Assembly (NCBI GenBank): GCA_003731685.1
Contig: RCNO01000003.1
Coordinates: forward strand, 6,780 to 70,779
From: Bacteroidetes/Chlorobi group bacterium MS-B_bin-24
GTDB lineage: Bacteria > Bacteroidota > Ignavibacteria > Kapaibacteriales > UBA2268
Reading direction: 5' to 3'
Length of the DNA stretch: 64,000 nt
Positions within the stretch are counted from its first letter, which is position 1; each line of letters opens with the position of its first letter. The notes under the pieces are model-generated. The model made no database searches and was not told the origin of the DNA. It saw only the letters and a list, made by a program, of their open reading frames with translations. This document shows, piece by piece, positions 39,946 through 47,603 of the stretch. The position numbers and the translations under genes are program-made.

Positions 39946-39975
39946 GCTTGCCAATTCTTGGCGAGCCCCATTTTG
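39943..39975 (+). terminator. Rho-independent terminator
   Basis: 12-bp stem GGGGCTTGCCAA (39943-39954) / TTGGCGAGCCCC (39958-39969) with one G-U pair and a 3-nt loop, then ATTTTG. Confidence 0.7.
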
Positions 39976-40014
39976 CGATTTATACCTTAAATTTGTTGTT
40001 TTATCGAGGCAAAA

Positions 40015-40803
40015 ATGAATTTTGTTTTTAAGATTTTGAAGATAGAATTAAATAATGTAATCAAAAGCCGTTGGTTTTTCTTCTTTTTTGGCTTTTTCTT
40101 TCTTGTCTCCTATGCATTGTTATCGTTTGAGGACAATATTCAGAAAAGTTTATTAAGTCTTTTAAACTTGGTGATTTACCTTGCACCATTAATAACGCTG
40201 ATTTTTGGGACTATGTATTTTTACAATTCCCAGCCTTACATCGAGATGATGCTTAGCCAACCCATTCCCCGAGCCTCATTGTTTGTTGGCTTATATCTTG
40301 GAACTTCAATCCCGTTAATGTTGAGTTTTATTTTGGGGCTATTCCTTCCTTTTTTATTGTTTTCGGATATTTTAGCTTACTTAAATCTTTTCTTAATCCT
40401 ATTATTAATTTTAATTCTTCTTACGCTTTCTTTTGTATCAATTGCTTTTTGGATATCAACGGAAATCGGTGATAAAGTAAAAGGTTTGAGTCTTTCGATT
40501 TTGATTTGGCTGGTTTTTGGCATAGCATTCGATGGTTTAATTCTTTTTATTACTTTTCTTTTCTCGGATTATCCTTTGGAGAAAATCTTAATTGGCTTAA
40601 CTGTTTTAAATCCAATTAACCTTTCTCGCACTATTTTTGTTCTTAATTTTGAAATCTCCGCGCTAATGGGTATCACTGGTGCAGTATTTAAAAAGTTTTT
40701 TGGCAGTTCATTGGGAACTTTTGTCTCTTTGGGCTCAATGTTGTTTTGGATTGTAATCCCGTTTCTTTTTGGGTTAATTGGCTTTAAACGAAAAGATTTT
40801 TAA
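40015..40803 (+). CDS. nosY: ABC-2 type permease NosY
   Basis: 262 aa with about 6 hydrophobic helices and a NosY-like N-terminus (ILKIELNNVIKSRWFFFF). It lies in the nos cluster but is separated from nosF by 2.9 kb. Confidence 0.75.
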   Translation: MNFVFKILKIELNNVIKSRWFFFFFGFFFLVSYALLSFEDNIQKSLLSLLNLVIYLAPLITLIFGTMYFYNSQPYIEMMLSQPIPRASLFVGLYLGTSIPLMLSFILGLFLPFLLFSDILAYLNLFLILLLILILLTLSFVSIAFWISTEIGDKVKGLSLSILIWLVFGIAFDGLILFITFLFSDYPLEKILIGLTVLNPINLSRTIFVLNFEISALMGITGAVFKKFFGSSLGTFVSLGSMLFWIVIPFLFGLIGFKRKDF

Positions 40804-40875
40804 CTATATTTTTTAAAAATATTTTCCCTCCTGCTACGAAATTCTTTTTTCCTTTGGATTTTTTATTTTTGAATT

Positions 40876-41994
40876 ATGCTTTGCGTTAAGGATTTGTCTT
40901 TGCAGGAAATTGAAGCATTTGTGAAGGATTTGGGCTTTGAACCATTCCGAGCCAAGCAGATTTTTTATGGTATATATGCTAATCGTGTCGAAAATTTCGA
41001 AAGTATCACCACTTTGCCCCGTGAATTAAAAAATATCCTTTCGGAGAAATTCTACATAAGCAGTATTAACTCGGCAAAATACGAAAAGGCAACAGATGGT
41101 ACAATAAAGTTTTTGTTTTCCTTAAGGAATGGTTCCGCTGTCGAAAGCGTGTTTATCCCTTGGGATTATGGCTTAAAGGAGCGAAGGACTTTGTGCGTTT
41201 CTTCGCAAGTTGGATGTGCATTGGGATGTGCATTTTGTGCTACGGGGAAACTTGGGCTCGAGCGAAATCTTTCGGCTGGGGAAATCATCGACCAAATCTT
41301 TGAATGCGAAAAGATAACAGGCGAACGGCTGACCAATATCGTATTTATGGGTATGGGCGAGCCATTACAGAATTTTCAAAATCTCGTTAAGGCTTTGGAA
41401 ATTCTAACGAATGATTTTGTGAAGTTATTCAGTAGAAGGAATATTACCGTTTCGACTGCTGGAATTGTCCCCAAAATATACGATTTGGCGAAAATCGAGA
41501 AGCCAGTGAAACTTGCGGTCTCTTTGCACTCGGTTTTCGACGATGTTCGACAGAAGTTGATGCCAGTTGCTCGGAAATGGAGTTTGAAGGAGGTTCGCGA
41601 AGCCGTGGTCGAATATTATCGAATTACGCGAATCCCAATAACTTACGAATACATTTTGTTCGAAGGGCTAAACGACGGCGAAGAAGATGCTCGCCGTTTA
41701 GCAAAATTTGCGAAGGCTGTACCCTCGAAAGTGAATCTTATACCTTTCCACCGAATAGATTTTATGCCGTTGGATGATTTCGCAAGGAGCCTAAAGCCCG
41801 CAAGCAAAGAACAAATACTGAAATTTAAATCTTTGCTCAACTCATTGGGCGTCCGAGCGTTTATTCGCTCATCAAGTGGATATGAAATAAACGGGGCTTG
41901 CGGACAACTTGCCTTTGCAAATTTGGGAAACAAAAACGAGTGGCTGAAAAATTTTGTTAAATTGCAAGGTAATTCGTTTCAGAAAATTGAATAG
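40876..41994 (+). CDS. rlmN: Radical SAM 23S rRNA/tRNA adenine-C2 methyltransferase RlmN
   Basis: 372 aa with the radical SAM cluster motif CALGCAFCATG. RlmN-like blocks are present (FRAKQIFYGIY, NIVFMGMGEPLQN, GACGQL). Confidence 0.9.
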   Translation: MLCVKDLSLQEIEAFVKDLGFEPFRAKQIFYGIYANRVENFESITTLPRELKNILSEKFYISSINSAKYEKATDGTIKFLFSLRNGSAVESVFIPWDYGLKERRTLCVSSQVGCALGCAFCATGKLGLERNLSAGEIIDQIFECEKITGERLTNIVFMGMGEPLQNFQNLVKALEILTNDFVKLFSRRNITVSTAGIVPKIYDLAKIEKPVKLAVSLHSVFDDVRQKLMPVARKWSLKEVREAVVEYYRITRIPITYEYILFEGLNDGEEDARRLAKFAKAVPSKVNLIPFHRIDFMPLDDFARSLKPASKEQILKFKSLLNSLGVRAFIRSSSGYEINGACGQLAFANLGNKNEWLKNFVKLQGNSFQKIE

Positions 41995-42006
41995 TATGAG
42001 GAAGAT

Positions 42007-43257
42007 ATGGTGATAAAAAAACTTAAAATATCGAACTTTAAAAGTTTCGATGAGTTAGAAATCGAATTGAGTAGGTTCAATGTATTAATTGGTGCCAATG
42101 CATCAGGGAAGTCAAATTTTACACAAATTTTTAGGTTCATAAGAGATATAATATCTCAGGGCTTGAACAATGCTATTTCTTTGCAAGGTGGCATAGAGTA
42201 TTTTAGGAATATTAACATAGGTTCGGCAAAAAATTTTTCATTAGAAATTGTTTCGGATGAGAAATATGGAATTGGAATAAGAGGAGAAGACAAAAAGGGT
42301 TATTTTCTAAAAACATTTGAAACCGCTTATAAATTGGCGTTAGAGTTCAAAAAGAAGGGGGAAAAATTTGGAATTGCTGATGATGTGTTGAATCAAAAGT
42401 TCGAAATTTTTGAAGTGGAGTTTAATGAAGAAAACTTCAAAGAAAAAGGGAAAGTTGGGGCTGGTGAATTATTTATCTCGAATGTGGGAGGGAATCTGAA
42501 AGTTGATTTCAACCTTCCCAATGGAATAATAATTGATGAAAATTTCATACTACCACCATTTATAAAAGAACGGGGTTTAAAATCCTTTCAAATTCTTCTT
42601 GAAATAACCCCTTTTCTTATGGTTCCACCCTTTTTCAAAGACATATTGATTTGCGATTTTGACCCCAAATTCCCCAAAAAGGCAGCACCAATAAGTGGAA
42701 AAGCAGAGATTGAAGAGGATGGAAGCAATCTTGCTATTGTTCTAAAAAATATACTTGAGAATAAAGACAAGAAAAGAAAACTATTCAATTTATTAAAAGA
42801 CTTGCTACCTTTTATTGATGATATTGATGTAGAAAAATTTGCCGACAAAACTTTGCTGTTTAAACTAAGGGAAGTTTATTCAACAAAAAACCGCTATATA
42901 CCAGCATCTTTGATTTCTGATGGCACTATACATTTAACAGCTTTAATTTTAGCTTTATATTTTGAAAAAAATAGTTTAACAATAATTGAAGAGCCAGAAA
43001 GAAATATACATCCGTATCTTATCTCCAAGGTTGTTGATATGATGATGGACGCTTCGCGAAAAAAGCAAATCATTGTTACAACCCACAACCCTGAAATAGT
43101 TAAATATGCAGGTTTGGAGAATATTTTGCTAATTTCTCGGAATAATGAAGGCTTTTCTGTTATCTTTAAACCCATCGAAAAAGAACAGGTTAAGATATTT
43201 TTACAAAATGAATTAGGGATAGATGATTTATATGTACAAAATCTTTTGGAGTTGTAA
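42007..43257 (+). CDS. ABC/SMC-fold ATPase (AAA_21/AAA_15-like), candidate defence ATPase
   Basis: 416 aa with N-terminal KISNFKSFDE...VLIGANASGKSN (Walker A), SDGT signature-like, LTIIEEPERNIHP (Walker B/D-loop) and VTTHNP (H-loop). There are long K/E-rich insertions between the lobes. Confidence 0.75.
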   Translation: MVIKKLKISNFKSFDELEIELSRFNVLIGANASGKSNFTQIFRFIRDIISQGLNNAISLQGGIEYFRNINIGSAKNFSLEIVSDEKYGIGIRGEDKKGYFLKTFETAYKLALEFKKKGEKFGIADDVLNQKFEIFEVEFNEENFKEKGKVGAGELFISNVGGNLKVDFNLPNGIIIDENFILPPFIKERGLKSFQILLEITPFLMVPPFFKDILICDFDPKFPKKAAPISGKAEIEEDGSNLAIVLKNILENKDKKRKLFNLLKDLLPFIDDIDVEKFADKTLLFKLREVYSTKNRYIPASLISDGTIHLTALILALYFEKNSLTIIEEPERNIHPYLISKVVDMMMDASRKKQIIVTTHNPEIVKYAGLENILLISRNNEGFSVIFKPIEKEQVKIFLQNELGIDDLYVQNLLEL

Positions 43258-43259
43258 TA

Positions 43260-43799
43260 ATGAGCCCCAAACAGCTGTTTATTTTTGTCGAAGGAGCCAA
43301 CGATGAAAGATTTTTTGAAAGAGTTGTAAAACCGAAATTACAGCAAAGATACAATGTAATAATCATTCATACTTATGCAGAAAGAAAGGATAAATACAAA
43401 AGGATTAATGCTTTCCTTCAAAGTATTGCGTCTTTAAAGGCTGAATATATTTTTGTTACAGACATAGACAATTCTCCGTGTATTACTGCCAAAAAAGAAG
43501 AGATTAGAAACAGAATTCGCGATATTGACGCAAATCGAATTTTGGTTGTTGTTAAGGAAATAGAAAGTTGGTATTTTGCAGGTTTAGATAATATTAGAAG
43601 TAAGAAGTTAAAAATTCGTCGCAACTTTGAAAATACTAATAATCTAACAAAAGAACAATTTAAAGCCTTAATTCCAAAAAGTTTTGATTCTGAAATAGAT
43701 TTTATGATAGAAATTCTAAATCTTTTTTCAATTGAAATTGCGAAGAACAAGAATGATTCTTTTAAGTATTTTCTCGAAAAATTTAATATTCAAGCTTAA
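43260..43799 (+). CDS. Small Toprim-like protein (DUF4276/RloB/AriB-like pattern)
   Basis: 179 aa. It has LFIFVEGANDERFFERV (Toprim Glu at codon 11, nt 43290-43292), FVTDIDN (DxD, nt 43461-43469) and VVVKEIESWYFAG. The ATG lies 2 nt after the ATPase stop (TAATAATG). Confidence 0.6.
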   Translation: MSPKQLFIFVEGANDERFFERVVKPKLQQRYNVIIIHTYAERKDKYKRINAFLQSIASLKAEYIFVTDIDNSPCITAKKEEIRNRIRDIDANRILVVVKEIESWYFAGLDNIRSKKLKIRRNFENTNNLTKEQFKALIPKSFDSEIDFMIEILNLFSIEIAKNKNDSFKYFLEKFNIQA

Positions 43800-43897
43800 A
43801 GAGAGTTGCTCCTTTTCCGATGTGAATTTCGCGATAAAATCTCTGGAAACTTTTAAAGTTAACTTTTCGTTTATTTCTAATTGTTAGTGGTTGTTTT

Positions 43898-44803
43898 ATG
43901 AGCATTAAACCATTGTTTCTGCTTTTGTTTATTTTGGTTGCTTTTGTTCAGGCGGTTGCTGGGACGAAGCCGAAAGAACTTCAACTCGGCGAATGTTATG
44001 TGATTCGTTTGACTAATGGCGATGAGCTGGAAGGCAAGGTCGATTCTTTTATTTCCGACCCTGAAGAAGGCGATGGAATAAAGTTCGACTCCGAAATTGG
44101 GATTGCCAAAATCTATTTCTCTCAAATTTCGGAAATCGTTCAATGTAGCAAGTATTATCGCAATGGTCATAAGTATTTTTTGCTTCCGACAGCAATTGGA
44201 ATTGGGAACAATCATTTCATTGGGATGCTGGAGATGTTCTTTTTATATGGCGGCATCGGAATTACGGATTATTTTTCTGTCATAGCGGGCAGGTCTTTTC
44301 TGCCCGGTGCTTATTCAAACCAGCAATTATCTTTGATTAACATAAAGGGCAGTTTGCCCTCAATTGATTTTGAGGACATTCCCCGAAACCTTTATCTTGC
44401 CTTTGGTGGGAATCTTGGCTTTGCTAACAACAATAACAAGTTCATTCATTTCTACGGCGTTGCGACTGCTTTGTTTTACAAAACCAGCCTTTCGCTTTCT
44501 GTTTTTTATAAAGCTGGGAGCGAGGATTATTATTTGGTGCGATATGGTATAAATTCTGTCGATGTTAATTATCCCGATGGCTCTTTTGGTGTTGCGTTTG
44601 GAGTTGATACGAAAATACCGCACCATAAAGGATTGCATTTTATTGCAGAGTTGTGGAATATCGATGTCCAAAGACCTACACACTCGGGATTGTTTATGGG
44701 AATTCGTTTGGCGAACACATCAGTTTGTTTCGATTTTGGGTTAGGCTGGTTCACTCAGCCTTTTGTTGTTCCTATTGCCAACTTTTCGTGGAGTCCGTTC
44801 TGA
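43898..44803 (+). CDS. Hypothetical secreted / outer-membrane protein
   Basis: 301 aa with a signal peptide (LFLLLFILVAFVQAVAG), an aromatic-rich alternating pattern and a C-terminal ...NFSWSPF ending in Phe, as in many beta-barrel OMPs. Confidence 0.5.
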   Translation: MSIKPLFLLLFILVAFVQAVAGTKPKELQLGECYVIRLTNGDELEGKVDSFISDPEEGDGIKFDSEIGIAKIYFSQISEIVQCSKYYRNGHKYFLLPTAIGIGNNHFIGMLEMFFLYGGIGITDYFSVIAGRSFLPGAYSNQQLSLINIKGSLPSIDFEDIPRNLYLAFGGNLGFANNNNKFIHFYGVATALFYKTSLSLSVFYKAGSEDYYLVRYGINSVDVNYPDGSFGVAFGVDTKIPHHKGLHFIAELWNIDVQRPTHSGLFMGIRLANTSVCFDFGLGWFTQPFVVPIANFSWSPF

Positions 44804-45570
44804 TGGGAAAAGATATTTCTGCTGTGGGATTTATACCAGCACGTTTGCAGTCGACAAGGCTCGAACGCAAGCTTTTGATTGACCTTTGCGGGAAGCCTGT
44901 ACTTCAAAGAACTTGGGAAGGAGCAAAAGAATCGAAGTTATTGCAGAGGCTAATGATCGCCACTGATTCTGAAGAAATAGTCAAGTTGTGCAAAAAAATC
45001 GGTGCCGATTTCGTTTTGACTCCCATGGATTTTGCATCGGGCACCGATAGAATCATCTGGGCATATAAGTATCTCGGTTTGGATGCCGATTTTATTCTCA
45101 ATATTCAAGGCGATGAGCCATTTGTTGAAGGTGAGTTAATCGACCGCTTAATTCTTGGGTTAAAAGGGAGCGAGGCTGGCGTTTCTACTTTGGTTTCCAA
45201 AATCGAAGAGAATGGCGAAATCTTTGACTCCTCTGTTGTTAAAGTGGTTTGTTCGGCTGATGGAAATGCCTTATATTTTTCCCGTAGCCCGATTCCGTTT
45301 ATTCGAGATTCGGAAAAGGAGTTATGGCATATAAAATTTTCGTTCTATAAGCACATAGGAATTTATTGCTTTCGCCGAGAGGCGTTAGAAACTTTCTCGA
45401 AATTGCCACAGGGGGAACTTGAAATTGCCGAAAAGTTGGAACAATTGCGTTTGCTGGAAAATGGAATAAGGATACATTGTATTGAAATCGACCGAAAAAT
45501 GGTTGGAATAGACACGGCTGGTGATTTGGAAAAGGCTAAGAAGCTGATTCAGTCATCTTACGGGAAATAA
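44803..45570 (+). CDS. kdsB: 3-deoxy-manno-octulosonate cytidylyltransferase (CMP-KDO synthetase)
   Basis: KdsB-like (GFIPARLQSTRLERKLL..., NIQGDEPFV, HIGIYCFRREAL). I moved the start to ATG 44803, which overlaps the upstream TGA. The tracked start at 44653 lies inside the previous gene. Confidence 0.88.
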   Translation: MGKDISAVGFIPARLQSTRLERKLLIDLCGKPVLQRTWEGAKESKLLQRLMIATDSEEIVKLCKKIGADFVLTPMDFASGTDRIIWAYKYLGLDADFILNIQGDEPFVEGELIDRLILGLKGSEAGVSTLVSKIEENGEIFDSSVVKVVCSADGNALYFSRSPIPFIRDSEKELWHIKFSFYKHIGIYCFRREALETFSKLPQGELEIAEKLEQLRLLENGIRIHCIEIDRKMVGIDTAGDLEKAKKLIQSSYGK

Positions 45571-46564
45571 GCAAGCTCAATTCTTTATAGACTAACTGAG
45601 GTGGAACGAGCGACATATCGTCGAATTTTTCGGGTTCTGTGGTTTGGGGTGAAATAGTTGTCGAAAATGGTCCGATTGGTCCCCAACGTTTAGCGGAAAG
45701 ATGTGGTGTATTTGGGAAAATTCCAACTGTTGGAATACCGAGCACCGAAGCAATATGAAGTATGCCGGTAGAGTTGGACACAAAACCTCGTGCAAGCGAT
45801 AAAAGTGCTATCGTCTGATATAAATCCAGCCTTCCAATCAGATTTATTGCCTCCGGTGCTTTGTGTAAAATCGTTTGCCCAAGCTGGCTTTCGAATTTGC
45901 TACCAGTTAGGATAACATCAAAGCCGTGTTTTAGAAGAATTTCGGCAAGCTCTCCAAAAAGTTCAACAGGCCAGACTTTCGTCGAGCCACCACTTCCGGG
46001 ATGAAGCACGATGAAGTTGTTTAAATCAATATTCAGTGTATCGAGCAAGCCAATAACTTTTACCTTTGCGGTTGGATTTACTTTGATTGGAACATATCGA
46101 AGTTCGAGCTTTTTGTTGAAAAATGTTTCGACCATATGAAGATTGTATTCGGCTTCGTTGTAAAGCGAAATCTTTCGATGTTCCTTGATTTTATGTGTAA
46201 AAAGAATAGAATACAAGCGATAAGATGTTCCAATTCGAATTGGAACATCTGCTTTGAATGCACCGAAAACTTCGTTAAATTTCGGTCGCGGGAAAAAAAC
46301 TACTTGGGGCTGAACAGATGAAAATATTTCGATGAAGTCGTTTTTAAAGTCCTCGATAAAAACTGCGGAGTCAATTGCTTCGCATTCAAAAAGCAAAGGT
46401 TTGACATAGCTTCGGGCAATTAAGATGACTTGTGCCGAAGGCAGGGCTTCCTTGATAGCCGCACACATTGGTAGCGTTAGTACCATATCGCCAAGGCGGT
46501 CTGTTCGAACAACAGCAATCCGCGAAATATCCTCTGCAATACCCTCCGTTTTCATAATTTGCAT
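45536..46564 (-). CDS. Glycosyltransferase family 9 (LPS heptosyltransferase-like)
   Basis: 342 aa with GT9 blocks (VVRTDRLGDMVLTLP, LHPGSGGSTKVWP, NSTGILHIASVLGIPTVGIF). Its 3' end overlaps the kdsB 3' end by 35 nt. Confidence 0.82.
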   Translation of the reverse strand: MQIMKTEGIAEDISRIAVVRTDRLGDMVLTLPMCAAIKEALPSAQVILIARSYVKPLLFECEAIDSAVFIEDFKNDFIEIFSSVQPQVVFFPRPKFNEVFGAFKADVPIRIGTSYRLYSILFTHKIKEHRKISLYNEAEYNLHMVETFFNKKLELRYVPIKVNPTAKVKVIGLLDTLNIDLNNFIVLHPGSGGSTKVWPVELFGELAEILLKHGFDVILTGSKFESQLGQTILHKAPEAINLIGRLDLYQTIALLSLARGFVSNSTGILHIASVLGIPTVGIFPNTPHLSAKRWGPIGPFSTTISPQTTEPEKFDDMSLVPPQLVYKELSLLISRKMTESAS

Positions 46565-46591
46565 TTTTTAAAAATACAGAAAGCAAATTAA

Positions 46592-47491
46592 TTGTTTAAA
46601 AAAAGATTAAAAAATTCTTTGAATTTTTGCTGTCCCTTGCTTTTTTCTGTTTTGATTTCTATTCGTATTCTGCAAGGGAATTCCGATGTGTTTGCTCTTC
46701 ATACTAAAATCACATTTTCGCAGGATAACGACCGCATAGTTTTTCTGTTTTTACCGTTTAAGGATACATTTTACTATTTGGGGAATCAATATATTGAAAT
46801 AAATCTTGGAAAGCAAATTGCAATGCTTTTTTCGAGGGATGGCACCATAGATACAGTTAAAATTTCGAGTGGAAATAAGTTTTTGTCGAAGGGAATTGAA
46901 ACGCCAACTGGTCTTTATGCTGTTCAAAACAAAGCACCAATACAAATTTCCCGTCAGTTCGAAAATGCAGAAATGCTGAACTGGATTGGCTTCAACGGGA
47001 ACATAGGATTTCACGGACTGAAGAAGACGGGATATTATGCAAGTTTGGGAAGGCGACCATCTTCGCATGGTTGCGTTCGTATGGCAAACGAAGATGGAGC
47101 AAGATGGTATCAAATTGTTAAAATTGGAATTCCTGTTTTGGTTTATAGGAATGAGCCAATTGTTACAATAAAATTTGCTTCCTATTCCGAAGTTGATTAC
47201 AATAAGGATTTGGTTATCCAAAAAGGGAACCCATCCATAAATCGAATTCTAAATGCTCGAATTAAGGATATTTCAAAGGGGAAGTATTACAGGAACCATT
47301 TATATAAGGTTATTCTCGAAGAAAAACTTGCACTTTCGAACCCAAATCTTGCTGTTGAGAAAGATTCTATAAAAATTCCATTCCAATTGCCTCCACTGGT
47401 TTTAAGAGCAGATCCAAAGGCAGAAAGAATTTCAACCCACAATGTGCTCGATTTGATGAATATGAAGGACACCTGTCGTGTGAAGTTTTGA
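46592..47491 (+). CDS. L,D-transpeptidase (YkuD domain)
   Basis: Catalytic motif ...GFHGLKKTGYYASLGRRPSSHGCVRMANEDG... and an N-terminal hydrophobic anchor. The TTG start is uncertain because only 27 bp separate it from the divergent GT9 gene. Confidence 0.8.
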   Translation: MFKKRLKNSLNFCCPLLFSVLISIRILQGNSDVFALHTKITFSQDNDRIVFLFLPFKDTFYYLGNQYIEINLGKQIAMLFSRDGTIDTVKISSGNKFLSKGIETPTGLYAVQNKAPIQISRQFENAEMLNWIGFNGNIGFHGLKKTGYYASLGRRPSSHGCVRMANEDGARWYQIVKIGIPVLVYRNEPIVTIKFASYSEVDYNKDLVIQKGNPSINRILNARIKDISKGKYYRNHLYKVILEEKLALSNPNLAVEKDSIKIPFQLPPLVLRADPKAERISTHNVLDLMNMKDTCRVKF

Positions 47492-47603
47492 AAGAGTTCC
47501 CTCCGAAAATTTTTTGAAAGAAATAGGGCAAAATATTAAAACGACCTGCTCTTGATAACTCAAGGATGCGATTGATTTGAATGGACTGATTTTCCCTCAC
47601 TTA

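Noticed and set aside
41577-41777. 66-aa Arg-rich ORF in an alternative frame of rlmN
   Set aside because: It is embedded in a conserved radical SAM gene, and its composition reflects an out-of-frame reading of GA-rich codons.
44653-44802. Tracked N-terminal 50 aa of the kdsB ORF. Similar 5' extensions occur at 34576 (nosL), 49510, 50219 and 62650.
   Set aside because: These extensions overlap the preceding gene in another frame and add non-homologous residues. Internal ATG starts at stop-start junctions or after Shine-Dalgarno-like motifs give proteins that begin where the families normally begin.
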